From Podarcis muralis (taxonomy: Eukaryota): a stretch of 64,000 nucleotides of DNA. Of the stretch, positions 37,640 to 50,260 are shown piece after piece; position 1 is the stretch's first letter, and every line of letters starts with the position of its first letter. Location: positions 18,414,001 to 18,478,000 of the forward strand of contig NC_135666.1 of NCBI RefSeq assembly GCF_964188315.1. The letters are read 5' to 3'. The translations under genes and the position numbers were made by a program. Below the pieces are notes generated by a model. It saw only the letters and a list, made by a program, of their open reading frames with translations, was not told the DNA's origin and did not search any database.

Positions 37640-37748
37640 CAGGGGTGGACTCCCAGCCCCCATCAGCCCCAGCCAGCATGGTCAGCAGTCAGGGATGATG
37701 GGAGCTGTAGTTCGACAGCACAGGGAGGCCACAGGTTTGCCATCTCTG
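37640..37748. mobile_element. hAT-type MITE fragment
   Basis: caggggtgg start, ggtcagcagtcagggatgatgggagctgtagt core and ggtttgccatctctg end. Confidence 0.65.
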
Positions 37749-38816
37749 CCCCATATCTTCCCAACATCTGGCTCCAGAGTTATGTTCCTCCTGGCCTCAT
37801 TTGAATAACAAAGCCATGAGCAGTGGGTTAGCTTCATTCCCCCCCCCCCCCCATTTTTGAGCCAGCAGGACAGGTAGCTAGCTACATCCAAGAGTGCTGA
37901 CAGCATAATTTCCGGAACACTAAATTTTCTAATGTGCTTGGTAAGGATGTTCTGCAGCTGTGAAAATTTTGTTTATGCTGATCTACAAAACTGAAGGTGT
38001 TAAGTCATTGTGACAGATACAAACATTTTTCTATTTTTATTTTTTCTTTGCAGGTATATGTGAGAGGAACATGCACACACATCTGGTATAATTGGCAGCA
38101 GTAGCTAAATACAAATCCATGGCCAGTTTAGCATATACCTAGTTAAGAGATTTTTTGCAAGAATTTTGGGATGCCTAGAAAGTGAGACTTGGGTTTTGGA
38201 CTAGGGGAGAGATTTGCATGATAAATGAGCATGTGTTGCCAAGCTGATGCCTTCCAGCATATGCTGGCTGGAGCTGATAGGAGTTGTAGTTAAGAACAAC
38301 TGGAGGGCATCGGGTTGGCAAATGCTGTATTCAGGTTTAAACTGGTTGTTGAGTTGGGTACAAATGGAGGCACTTTTTGTACTTCTTTGCTTGTGGATGT
38401 GCAAGATGTAGGCACACACCTCATGCACTCCAAACCTGCTTAGGATCTCATTCCTGTTGCCAAGATGCAAAGTAGATATCTCTCTTTAACCAAAGAGGAT
38501 CTGGCATAATTTGTCCTGTTTTGCAGATGACATGTAGTTAGGACCCTCCCCGCCCAGAGGCATTATGTCAACTGTCACTGAGCTGGTTCTTAGCAGCCAT
38601 TTCTGATAAATTGCTTTTGAATCATTAGTGAGTTTGTATCGGTAAGTTCAGGTTATTTAGTCAGAAGCTGATACACATCAAATACAGAGTGGGGCTATCA
38701 GGACAACCATAGAGAAGGGAAAAGGGGGAACCAGTATACATACACACAAAAATGAGTGGGCAAAAGTCCATAAAGGCATTGATATGCTAGGGTTCCCCAC
38801 CCCTTTACTGATATAC

Positions 38817-38872
<56 letters not shown>
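38817..38872. repeat. Compound microsatellite (GT)n(GA)n
   Basis: Read directly from the sequence. Confidence 0.97.
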
Positions 38873-38881
<9 letters not shown>

Positions 38882-38894
38882 TGATAGAATGTTA

Positions 38895-39128
38895 CAGTGG
38901 TACCTCTGGTTACGTACTTAATTTGTTTCGGAGGTCCATTCTTAACCTGAAACTGTTCTTAACCTGAAGCACCACTTTAGGTAATGGGGCCTCCTGCTGC
39001 TGCCACCGCGCGATTTCTGTTCTCATCCTGAAGCAAAGTTCTTAACCAGAAGTAATATTTCTGGGTTAGCGGAGTCTGTAACCTGAAGCGTATGTAACCT
39101 GAAGCGTATGTAACCCGAGGTACCACTG
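38895..39128. mobile_element. Tigger/pogo-type MITE
   Basis: TIRs CAGTGGTACCTC / GAGGTACCACTG with TA TSD; internal taacctgaagcgtatg repeats. Confidence 0.92.
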
Positions 39129-40539
39129 TATCTGAATGCTCCATCATGAGTTGCTTTGAGGTCAACTATGTTGCTGGAATAGTGGCATGCAACTATCAAA
39201 GCAAAGCAAGTTCAAATGGATCCATGACATATCTCTGGCACCTGAAAGGCAGCTGTTTGCAGGAAAGGGGAGAGGTCAGGGGTTAGACAGCTGGTTCCAA
39301 AGCCAACATGTGAAAGTACTGCAAAACAACAACAAAAAAGTGTTTATGCTTCAGGATGATGTGACAATTCTCCTGACTCATTATCTGAGAGCATACATGG
39401 ATATGTTTTGTAGTGCATCCATTCTTTGTGGAAGAGCCTAGATTTTTTTGCAGTCATCATAATCAACAATAAGAGTGACCCATCTGAGAGTCCCGACAAC
39501 ATACTACTACTATTTTGCCAAACCTTTATTAGGCATTACAAATATAGGCCACCATAAAGCATCCATTTATACAATTTAAAAATATATACAAATAAACAGC
39601 CATGTAAAAATATGTAATGAGGATTTCCACCTGAGTTTCTTCCTGCTAAATAGTGCCATTCACCACTCTGAGAGATACTATTGATAAAAACTCAGTCACT
39701 CTTACAGCTGACTTGAGGTTTTGTTTTTCAATGTCCCTTAATCTGATTTGAATATTATGATAAATACGGTATATTGCTCACTTGAATTATACAAGAGTTC
39801 TAAGTCAATACCAATAGATCTGATTTTGCTATGTAGGAGTTGAAACCATCTGGATTTATAAAAGTCCTTAAGTAAGAAAGCAGACTAGAAGGTTGGCAAC
39901 GGAAATGGCAACACAACCAGGTTTTTTTAATAGTGCTAGCCCACACCCAATATTCCATTGTGTGTATACCAAGTTCTGCACGCATCATCTCATACCTGGG
40001 AATATATATATTTTCTAATTTGTGTAACCTTATTTGCAGAGAATTGCTACCAAGTAAAGGTCACTGGCTTATTCCGCACTCCATTCATGCTGAATGAGGG
40101 CAAGGAAAACACTGGGTTAAAGGAGAATATAAGAGGATCTCTCAGTGCTCTGCTTGCCATCATCTTGTATTTGCCAGTTTGTGCTCTGTGATCGTAAAAC
40201 TTGATGCAAGGAAGGGAGGTGATGCTTGATGTCAACACCAGATCAGTTACTGACAGCAAGTGCCAGTTTAAAAAGACGTTTAGGGAGATGTGCAGTGCTT
40301 CAGGCAAAAATGTTCTTGTGTTGCAAGCAAGATTCTGATCAAAGACTAAAGCAAATGTATCTGGTGTAAAGAATAATAATAATAATAAATGGTTGTGCCC
40401 ACGAAGAAGGGGTTTTAAGTCTGATAAAGGCAAGGAGCTTACCATTTTTAGGAATTTGTTGGCCACTCTTGCCCTGTCCCCAGAATGGGAACCTGGACTA
40501 CTTTGGTCAAAAAGCAGAGGGCCCAGCCTCTTGGCTGAC

Positions 40540-40732
40540 ATAGAAGGGCCATCGCTCAGGAGTGGAGTACATGCTTTATACATAGAATAACCCAAATTCA
40601 GTCCCTTGCAACAACAAGTAGGGCTGCGAATGATCCCTGCCTGAAACCATGGAGAGCCGTTGCCACTTGCTGCAGACAATACTGAGTTAAATGGACCAAT
40701 GTTCTGACACTATAAGGCTCCTTCCATATAGG
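40540..40732 (+). mobile_element. tRNA-Ala-headed SINE, old
   Basis: cctgcctgaaaccatggagagccgttgcc...gacaatactgagttaaatggaccaatg...taaggctccttcc. Confidence 0.7.
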
Positions 40733-42479
40733 AGTAACATTTAGGAAGGTCAAGCAAGCACCTACTTGGTATGGTTTTGGCTTGAGTAGGTGTGTGGGAG
40801 AAAAAGCAAGAATTGGCATCTGAGAATTTTTAATAAATCCCAAAAATCTCATTATTATCTAGATCAAAGATGAGGAATATACTTTCCCCCAACTCCCAGC
40901 CTAGTGGTTAGGGATGGTGGGAATTGTAACCCAACAACATTCAAAGGGCCACATCTTCCCAGTTCCTGCCCTAGAGAGAACATGGGGGAGCTGTAGTTTA
41001 GCTAGCAGAATCTAACCTTCAGATTTTGACTTAGGTTTGGTTAAGAGGCTTCCCTGGAGCTGGTTAGGTAAAGTCTAAGGCTGTGTGCCATTTTCCTCCC
41101 AAGCCTTTGGGAGCTTTCCCCACCACCAGTTCCAAGACGGAGTATAGTTGCATAGCCTGTCGCCTGGTCTAATTGTATGCAAACTTTGGCCTACTTTCAC
41201 ATGCTCTCTGTGAGCAATCAGTTCAGATATCTGGCAAGAGTCACCTTGTCTCTTCCTCAACCTGTTGGGTTGAAAGGATGGGGAGGGGGCAGAGAGAATA
41301 GGAGGACACGGGGTGGGGAGACACCTACCACTTTCTTCAGCCCCAGCCACAGTTAGTAGACAGGGCCCTCCTACTTGTGGTTCCCAGCAGCTGGGATGCA
41401 GATGGATAGTGCCTCTGACACTGGAGCCAATATAGCCACCATGACTAGTAGCCACTGTTAGCCTTATCCTGCGGGTATTTATTTATCTAATGAAGTGAAT
41501 GGACCCCATTGTTTCATAAATAGTTTTCATTCATTATGAAGTGAATGTACACCCCCAGGCCCATTTAACATTGCTTCCCATTCAGACACTGCAGCCCACG
41601 GCAAATGCTATTGCAGCATTCATTATCGGTTGCATTCATCATCTGTAGAAGGTGAGGCTAAGCAGCTGTATCTTCCTCCCCTCACTAGAGGAATCAAAGT
41701 TCTGGTTTCCCATCCTTCATCAGAAGCTGTCCAGATGCTTCCAGTTTGCGGCCTTCACAGCCAAGATGATTTTAGTAAGAGTTTACAGTAAAAAACAACC
41801 TTCCATTGTAGGGATTTCAGTGAGAACCCTACAACATTGGCTTCTGTCCCTGATTCCATGTGCAAAGAACCCCTGCTGACCTGCTTTTGCTGCTGCTTCC
41901 ATACATGCCATAATTTACTTTTTTTTTATTCCAGGCTTTCCCCGGAGCTAGCTAAGATATTGCAATGCACATTTTACAACCGTGGGAAACTAGCAATATT
42001 TCTCTCTCTGCAGATATCAGTGACTTTTCAGTGCCTGAGGCCTTCAAGTGGCCTGTGATCACAGATACAGTTTTCACCTTATTCAAAACAAGAAGAGATG
42101 TACTGCCTCTTGAATCAAACCTATTCCCTTCAGGCTGACTTTTTAGTTGTTTATAGGTCTAAATGTACTAAGCAAAAGAACTTAATTGTGCTTTCCATTT
42201 TATTTTCTCCAGATATATTTTCCCATTTTGGGGTGGCTTGTTGTTGTTATATTATATATATTTATTATATATTCACTTCCACTTTGTGTTCACAGATGGA
42301 TATATGGATGGGAACCACTCTCCTAGTCTGTTCCCAAACCATTTGGGATTGTGGGGGAATGAAACAGTCACATGGAAAGGGTAGTGATCAGGTGTCAAAG
42401 ATCCATATAACCGTTCCTCTCCACACTCATCTGAGAAGTTTAGAATTAAACACATTTTTAATTTTTTAAAAAATTATTG

Positions 42480-43295
42480 CATTTCTATCTTGCCTTTCCT
42501 CTAAGGGTTTCAGGTTGGTGTACAGGTTTCCCCCCCTTATTTTATCTTCACAATGCTTTTTTTATTTTTTATAATATTTTTTATTACATTTTCAAATACA
42601 CAATCAGAAATATAAAAGCCATAAAAAAGAAATAAAAGAGACAAAGAAAGAAAAAAGAAAAAATCCAATTTTCAAAAACATTTTTACATAGCCAACCGGA
42701 CTTCCTCACATCTCCCCTACCATGCATTCTTTACAATAATAATGTCAGCAAATTATTACCTTTTTTCATATCTTATTTTGTACCTTTCAAATATTATATT
42801 TTTAAATTTAAAATACTTTTTGTCAATTACTTGTACCTTAAATCAACCATAGTAATACTTTAAATTTCAACCTTTTCTTACTTATAACTTAATTTCCTGT
42901 TTCAGAAATCTAATTGCTGAAGCTAAAACTTCCAAATCGTGCAGTTTTTAACATTCATACAACTTATAATATTTTTGTAAATAGTCCTTAAATTTTTTCC
43001 AGTCCTCTTCCATCGTTTCTTCTCCCAAATCTCGGATTCTGCCAGTCATTTCAGCCAGTTCCATATAGTCCATCAATTGCGTCTGCCACTCTTCCAGCGT
43101 GGGCAGATCTTGTATCTTCCAGTATTTTGCGATAAGAATTCTTGCTGCTGTAGTTGCACACAATGCTTTCAGGTAGGTTAGGCTGAGAGATGGTAACTGG
43201 CCCAAGGTAACTCAGTGAGGTTCCTGGCTGAGTCAAAATATGTACCCTGGTCTCCCAATTCCTTGTTCAATGTTTGAAGCATGACACCACACAGG
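42480..43295 (-). mobile_element. CORE/MIR-like SINE split by an L1 insertion
   Basis: The left part ends ttatcttcacaatgcttt and the right part resumes cacaatgctttcaggtaggttaggctgagag...ggcccaaggtaactcag. Confidence 0.7.
42560..43158 (-). mobile_element. 5'-truncated L1 (ORF2 C-terminus, 3' UTR and poly(A))
   Basis: Frame 43158-42948 encodes ATTAARILIAKYWKIQDLPTLEEWQ...DWKKFKDYLQK, typical of an L1 ORF2 C-terminus. T-rich tail on the plus strand; 11-bp TSD CACAATGCTTT at 42549-42559 and 43159-43169. Confidence 0.9.
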
Positions 43296-43894
43296 CTTTC
43301 ATTCTGCTGAAGTTGTGTGTGAGACTGTAGCAGGCATTTCTCTCTTCCTCCAGCCTTGTATCACGCTGTTAAAATTTTTGTTTTACTGTCCAGATCTGCT
43401 TTCCCCTTTTGCTTATTTCAGGTACTGGAACTTTTAACCAGCTCAACCGAAAGCATAATTTTGTACTGGAAATTTTCCTTTTGCAAAAGCCCTTATTTCA
43501 GTTTTGAAACACTCATTAACCATGCCAATGGGTCAGATTAGAGCATTATATATAAGCTTGTGCAAAATGCATGCTTTATTCTGAAATGGGTATTTAATGG
43601 TTTTTGGCAAGTAACAGTGTGTGGGCTGGGAAGAGGGTAGGACTTTAAATTGAGCAGGCAGTGGGGCTATATAGGTTGGAAATATAAAGCAGGAAACCAC
43701 AAAGAAAGGGAAGGTCAGATAGCTGTGCTGGATGGAGCTGAAATAGTTGATTATTTATCCTCACTGTAAAAAAAAAAAAAAAAAAAAGGGAAACCTGCAC
43801 TTGCTGCAAATGTTTCTTGTGCCAGAGTCACTCCCTAATTGCTAAATATCAAAGAGGAATTCCTTTTTAAAAAAACTTTCTATCTGTGTATCAC

Positions 43895-44095
43895 CTTTTA
43901 TATCCCACCTTTCCTTCAAGCAACTCAAGGGGGGGCATAAATGCTTTTCTTCTTCCTCCCCTTCATTCTCACGACAGCCCTGTGAAATAGGCTAGGCTGA
44001 GAGACTGTGACTGGCCCAAAGTTATTCAGTGAGTTTCATGACTGAGCAGGGATTTGAACCCAGGTCTCCTAAGTCCTAGTGCAACACTCTCCACA
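43895..44095 (-). mobile_element. CORE/MIR-like SINE
   Basis: tttatatcccacctttcc tail, acagccctgtgaaataggctaggctgagag and gggatttgaacccaggtctcc. Confidence 0.75.
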
Positions 44096-44378
44096 ATGAT
44101 GGAGGCCAGGATGGCCATCAATTTGGACCACATTTATAAAAGGAATAGAAAAAATTCAGTGGGATTTAAGACTCTTAATGATTACTAGTCAGGTTTGCTA
44201 TATTCTGCCTTCACTGTTAGAAGCAGTAATGCTTCTGAATACCAGTTGCTGGCAACCACAGGATGGGGAGAGTTCCACTGTGCTGAGGTCTTGCTTGCCG
44301 GCTTCCCACAGACATCTGTGAGAAAAGGATGCTGGACTAGCTGGGCTGTTGGCCTGATCCATCGGGGTATTCTTACAT
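44095..44378 (+). mobile_element. CR1 LINE 3' end
   Basis: gatggccatcaa...ctgaataccagttgctgg...gatgctggactag...ggcctgatcc...ttcttacat. Confidence 0.8.
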
Positions 44379-44396
44379 TGAGAGATACATCTCTTT

Positions 44397-44823
44397 GTTG
44401 TTGTTGTTGTTGTTTAGTCATTTAGTCGTGTCCGACTCTTCATGACCCCATGGACCAGAGCACGCCAGGCACTTCTGTCTTCCACTGCCTCCCGCAGTTT
44501 GGTCAAACTCATGCTGGTAGCTTCGAAGACACTATCCAATCTCGTCCTCTGTCATCCCCTTCTCCTTGTGCCCTCCATCTTTACCAACATCAGGGTCTTT
44601 TCTAGGGAGTCTTCTCTTCTCATAAGGTGGCCAAAGTATTGGAGCTTCACGATCTGTCCTTCCAGTGAGCACTCAGGGCTGATTTCCTTCACAATGGAGA
44701 GGTTTGATCTTCTTGCAGTCCATGGGACTCTCAAGAGTCTCCTCCAGCACCATAATTCAAAAGCATCAATTCTTTGGCGATCAGCCTTCTTTATGATCCA
44801 GCTCTCACTTCCATACATCACTA
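44397..44823 (-). mobile_element. 5'-truncated BovB/RTE LINE
   Basis: ORF 44821-44552 (MYGSESWIIKKADRQRIDAFELWCWRRLLRVPWTARRSN...YFGHLMRR) is a BovB C-terminus. (CAA)n tail; TSD atacatctcttt/atatatctcttt (11/12) at 44385-44396 and 44824-44835. Confidence 0.95.
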
Positions 44824-45277
44824 ATATATCTCTTTAGGGTCAGGCAAATACATTTACTATCACCACCCTGGAAATACTGATGACAAGCAGTCGCCTCTGT
44901 GCCAGTGGTCAGCCTGGCTGGACACTGGCCGAGGACTCCCAGGACTCAAAAGGGCCTTTGTCACTCTGACCTACCACCTACTCACTTGCTACTGGTTCCA
45001 GGTGGTGGACTGTGGGTGCTGCCTGGGAGCTCAGCTCAGCTTCCATCCACAGGCGACCCACAGCCAAAAATGTTGAGACAGATAGAGGTCTAAGAGAGAA
45101 TAATTGAAGAACACTCTGAACATAAATACAGGTGGTCTTTAAAAGTTATTTGGGCTAGGAAGTTATACTCCCCTTTCTCTCCTCCACCCCAATTAAGCTG
45201 AACTTTTAGGGAAGAGGCCTTGAATATTCACAAGGAGCCTATCCCTGTTGTGGCTACTGCCTTGAGGTGTTTTAGGG

Positions 45278-45668
45278 CAGGGGTCACAACCTTTTCCAGC
45301 CGTGGCTGGTCCACCGTCCCTCAGACCATGTGGTGGGCCGGACTATATTTTGGGGGGAAAAATTGAACGAATTCCTATGCCCCACAAATAACCCAGAGAT
45401 GCATTTTAAATAAAAGCACACATTCTACTCATGTAAAAACACCAGGCAGGCCCCACAAATAACCCAGAGATGCATTTTAAATAAAAGCACACATTCTACT
45501 CATGTAAAAACACCAGGCAGGCCCCACAAATAACCCAGAGATGCATTTTAAATAAAAGGACACATTTTACTCATGTAAAAACACACTGATTTCCGGACCG
45601 TCCGCGGGCCGAATTTAGAAGGCGATTGGACTGCATCCGGCCCACGGGCCTTAGGTTGCCTACCCCTG
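45278..45668. mobile_element. hAT MITE with an internal 71-bp tandem repeat in three copies
   Basis: TIRs CAGGGGTCACAAC / GTTGCCTACCCCTG; TSD ttttaggg/ttctaggg (7/8); repeat units start at 45379, 45450 and 45521. Confidence 0.92.
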
Positions 45669-46660
45669 TTCTAGGGGCACCAAGGCATTTCCATTTCTAC
45701 TTGCAAAATATTGTGGAGAGCATGCACTTGTCCTCTTCTCCTTCCCTTCCCTTCCCTTTCCTTCCCTTCTCTTGCTGTAGCTCTTGTCCAACAGAGGAAT
45801 TATAAGGGCACAAAAGGAAAACAGAAAAAGCAGTCAATAACATTGGAAAAAAATTTCCTCAGTGTTCATTGTTTGCCCACAAAAGTTAAGAACGGTTTAA
45901 TCTCTTTTTATTTCCCCAGTTTTAGTTATGTAATGCTTTTCAAACTGTTTGTTGCCTGCTCTAGGTTGGGTTGTTTAGCTGGAGAATTGATTTTAAGAGT
46001 CCGTATAAGATTTTTGCATGCTGGATTATTATGATAACATTTAGGCACCCCAGGGCATACTGCAGCATTCAGTTAATACACTCCCTTTGCCTGTGACCTT
46101 ACATTTGGCAATGAACCAGGTGTCTGTGTTAATGAGCCAGTGAAACAGGCCTTGTTATATCATCCCATCTCAGAGCAATACTTCTCAGCGATCAAGGGAA
46201 CAACTTATAAGTGATTATTGAAGTGTGGATGTGTGAAATGAAGAAAATTTATACTCCCCATTAAAGTTTCTTTGTTTCCTCTTTTAGCAAAGAGTAGTAG
46301 CTTTTGTTTCTGAGATTTTAAGTTCTTACACTTTTTCAGTGTATATCTAAAGGGTATCTTAACTGAGTTTTTCATAACAATAAAATGTGTTTAAAAATAT
46401 TTTTATCATTTTTTGACTGAAAATGGATCAGGCCTCAAGAAATGCTCCAAATCTTTGGGCAACTTCATTCAACATATGCCATTTTAAAGTGAGAGTAAAA
46501 CAGCAGAAATATAAGAGACATTAAAAAGTCTCAACTCCTTCTGGTTTGAAAATAAATCCTTGGTGCAACCTGGTTTAAATTATTTTTAAAGAAAAAATAC
46601 TTGTTATGTATTAACAGCTTAAGGTTAGCGAGCCATCAATTCACTTTGGCAAGCCACTGT

Positions 46661-46895
46661 GACAGCCAGTGTGGCATAGTGGCTAGGATGCCAAGACAAT
46701 GGAGATATGTATTCAAATCCCTACTGCTCCTTGACACTCACTGAATGACCTTGGCTCATTTAGTCTCTCTCAGTCTAACCTTCCTGACAGGGTTATAAAG
46801 AAGATAACATGGGAGGATGGTGATAGGAGGGAGAGGACTTAGTAAGTCTCTCTGAGTAATTTGTAAGAAGGGCGGGATTTAAAAAGTAAGTAAAT
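46661..46895 (+). mobile_element. CORE/MIR-like SINE, old
   Basis: gccagtgtggcatagtggctagg head, gaatgaccttgg core and gggcgggatttaaa tail. Confidence 0.7.
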
Positions 46896-46999
46896 ATACA
46901 AAATATTCTCTTAAGTCGCAGTGGCTCCTTAGCCATATGGAACTGCAACTACTTGTCTATCTTACTAGCGTCATTGTGAATGGTTCTTGAGATAATGAC

Positions 47000-47283
47000 C
47001 TTGTTTGCACATCACAGCAAGCCAAACTATGGGTTGCTGGGATCACACAAACATTCTGGCTCCTGGGAAGGAGCTTGGGCCCACTTTGCTCTCCTTAGTC
47101 AAAACCTTGGCTACAGATTGTAGTTAAGAAAGAGATGTATTAAAGACAATCCCAAGTTCAGATGACATGCTAAGCTGAATCTTGCCTTAGTTGCCGTGCT
47201 GTGCCATGCGTCTCTAGGAGCAAGCATGTTCCATGCAGTCCTTGTAAGCCATAGCTTGGTTTACTGTGATGTGTGAACCAGGA
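47000..47283. mobile_element. Palindromic non-autonomous element
   Basis: gtttgcacatcacagcaagccaaacta at the left end pairs with tagcttggtttactgtgatgtgtgaac at the right end. Confidence 0.55.
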
Positions 47284-48463
47284 CAATGTAATGCATGAGA
47301 AACCCTTGGCACCCTTATTGAACATTAGTTATTCTTATCAGTGTGGAATGTGGCACCCTGGCTCCCTTTCGGAGCTCCGTCTGGGTTGTGGTCCTCAAAT
47401 TACCCTGCAGTAGCCTCACTGGCTATTCTAGAAATAAGTAAACAGTTGAAGGATGAAGTTGATGGTTCTAAATTTTGCTTCCTCTTGTCTTGGTATGTGT
47501 ATATGCTACAAATGCAGATCTTAGTCACACATATCCAAAAAAACACCAAGGCACGTTTTCTAAAAAGTCTGGGAAGCTCTTCTTGTAATGGAGAACAAGG
47601 AAATCAGGATTCTTACAGCATTCGTCATTATGGAAATGGCTCAAAACACAATTCTCCCCAGAATGCTTGGCTCAGCAAAAATAGGTGCAGCCATCAATGC
47701 TTTCCATTGTTTCAAGGAACGGTGAGAACATTTTAGGTGGAAACTTGAGGATAATATTTTAAACATTCCAACTTGGAGCACAAATCTTTCAAAGTTGATT
47801 GCTCTGCTGCCTACAGATAGTGGTGTATGGTGATGTTGAGTGTTCCATGAAAATCTGAAAGTGGGGGAAAAAATACTTGAAAAAGAACGAGTAGATTGAT
47901 CTACAAAGAATTATGCATCTCTTTAGCAAAACAATGGATCTTATGAACACTTTGGGAATGGAGTGAGTTCAGAATTGCAGGATGTTCATAATTGAGTACA
48001 CTCTCCCTTCTATGTGCAGTATCTAATAGCCTACAAATCCAACTTGCCAAATTTCTTGCTATTCCCTCCCTCCAGTTCTTTCCCTTGGTCTTTCCAAGGC
48101 TCCCTTTAATCTAAATCCTACCCATCAACTTCCATTTGCAAAAAAAGACAAGTACACATTATCAGTGGCTCTGAATCAACAGCCTTTGGGAAAGGGGCAG
48201 TGCATCTGTGCATTGTGACCATGTAGCTGGGATAGGGTTTTCCGCTTTTAAAGCCACCCATGATAACAAAAAAGAGTTGAGTATACCAGTGCTATAATCT
48301 CAGTAATTATGGTTGCATTAAGTAAGAGCTGGAATCGTTATCCTGTGATATGTGGAAACCAATAGTGTTAAGGCATTGGTCTTTAGCTGGGGTCCTGTAT
48401 TGGATCACAGTCTGGCGTAAAGTGGGTCACAACAGCAACAATATTGCCATATAATTACAGTAG

Positions 48464-48672
48464 CAGGCATGTGCAAAGTCCATTTTGGGGGCCTAATCTG
48501 GCCTGCCGGTCAATTTAATCCGGCCCCCATGGCAGTATATGTTCTGGGGTAAAATCCTTTAAAAAGCTCAGCAACTTCAATCCTAAAAAAAGCTCTCAAG
48601 AACTTTGGTTGGCCCTCACACATGTTCGCTTCATCAAATCTGGCCCTCTTTGAAAAAAGTTGGGCACCCCTG
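48464..48672. mobile_element. hAT MITE
   Basis: CAGGCATGTGCAAA ... TTGGGCACCCCTG termini; homologous to 34506-34667. Confidence 0.8.
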
Positions 48673-49285
48673 TGTGTGTTTGCGCTAAACGTGGCTCTGG
48701 TTCTGCAGAGGTTGAAGACTACTAAAGCAGTCTATAGTCCTTCTCTTTCTAGTTATTACTTCTTGTTAAACCAGCCTTTGCCCTCCAGATGTTTTGGAAT
48801 ACAGTCCCCGTCACTACTGGCTGGGATTGACTAGAACAAAACATCTGGGGTATTCCAGGTTAGCAAAGGTTGCATTACACCTTTATCATTGCAGAAAAAG
48901 ATGGGTTCGTTGTTGTGATTTGTTCAGGGGTTTTCCATAGTATTGGTTGAAGTTACCATTGATATATTGTGTTGGTCCTTCTACAGATGGGCTGGTAGAA
49001 CCATTCATAATGGTAACTCCCCAGATATTTCTTGTTTTATACTATATTTTCATGATTTTCTTACAACTCCATCTCCTTTTGGATGAAATCTGAAAACAAA
49101 ATATCATTCTACCCCAAAAAACCTGAATATTAACAACACTTCCTTTTTATTTATTTAGACATTTGTTCCTTACCTGCCTATGGTAAAATCAAACTCTTAG
49201 TAGCTTACATATAAAAATATTAATTGCACAAAAAAATTAAAAACAAACACCAATAAGAACAGCATAATAAAAGCCAAGTGTAGGA

Positions 49286-49526
49286 GGGAGCCAGTGTGGT
49301 GTAGTGGTTAAGAGCGGTGGCCTCGTAATCTGGGGAACTGGGTTCGTGTCTCCGCTCCTCCACATGCAGCTGCTGGGTGACCTTGGGCTAGTCACACTTC
49401 TCTGAAGTCTCTCAGCCCCACTCACCTCACAGAGTGTTTGTTGTGGGGGAGGATGGGAAAGGAAGAAGAAGACTTTGAGACTCCTTCAGGTAGTGATAAA
49501 GCACGATATCAAATCCAAATTCTTCT
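49286..49526 (+). mobile_element. Squam3-type (tRNA head, CORE-like) SINE, near full length
   Basis: gagccagtgtggtgtagtggttaagagc A-box head, ctgggttcg B-box and gctgggtgaccttgggctagtcac core. Confidence 0.85.
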
Positions 49527-50117
49527 ATCAAATCCAAGTCTGAATATCCCATCCTATGCCAGCATTATTTTACTCCACCACCCCCACCCAGTATGAAAAA
49601 TGGGTGTAGAGATAGATCTCATGGAGGAACCTTACTTAGGAGAAATGGGTATATTTTGCCCAGTCACACCTCTACTAAAATCCCGGGAGTTTATACCAAT
49701 GAAGGTATTCCATTGGCAAAAGGATTTTTCTTCATTGACTACAACCTCAAGCTTCAGATTTCCCCCTGTTGGGGCAGCAGCCACTTCTCCACTAGGGAAG
49801 AACAGCATAATAAAATATGAACCAAGAACTTCCTTCTCTGTAGGCACCGTTTGTGTTACTCTAACCTTCTCTTTGCCTTCTCTGTTTTTCTAAAGGTCAG
49901 TCTTTGCCATGACTTCATTACTTGGCTTAAAATATTGAAAGGCTGGAGCAGGCTAGTTTCTCACAAAATGAATGAGCAGAATAGTGTCTGCACACTTTGC
50001 CTCATATCTTTGGCTCTCGAAGGGCTAGAGTCTTGCTTTCAAAGGAAACGAAGAAAACTAGGAATCCATAACATGGCATAATTGTGGGTGTCAGGGAGAA
50101 GCTCCTCTCCCCTTGAC

Positions 50118-50260
50118 CACCTGTGGATGCCCATACTTGAGACCCTGCAGATGTTGTTGGACTCCAGCTCCAGTTAGTCACAGCTATCATGGCCAGTTGT
50201 TGGGGATGATGGGAGCTGGACTCCAGCAACATCTGGAAGCCACATGTTCACCATCTTTGC
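50118..50260. mobile_element. hAT-type MITE, degenerate
   Basis: cagatgttgttggactccagctcc ... gggagctggactccagcaacatctgg palindrome. Confidence 0.7.

Noticed and set aside
40047-40679. 210-aa minus-strand ORF
   Set aside because: It overlaps an antisense SINE and low-complexity sequence, with no recognisable protein motif.
45379-45585. Regularly spaced repeats suggesting a CRISPR-like array
   Set aside because: The units are contiguous with no unique spacers and lie inside a eukaryotic MITE.
49593-49893. Overlapping ORFs as a possible retrocopy or endogenous viral fragment
   Set aside because: No recognisable motif, poly(A) tail or TSD in any frame; only a tBLASTn or HMM search could revive it.
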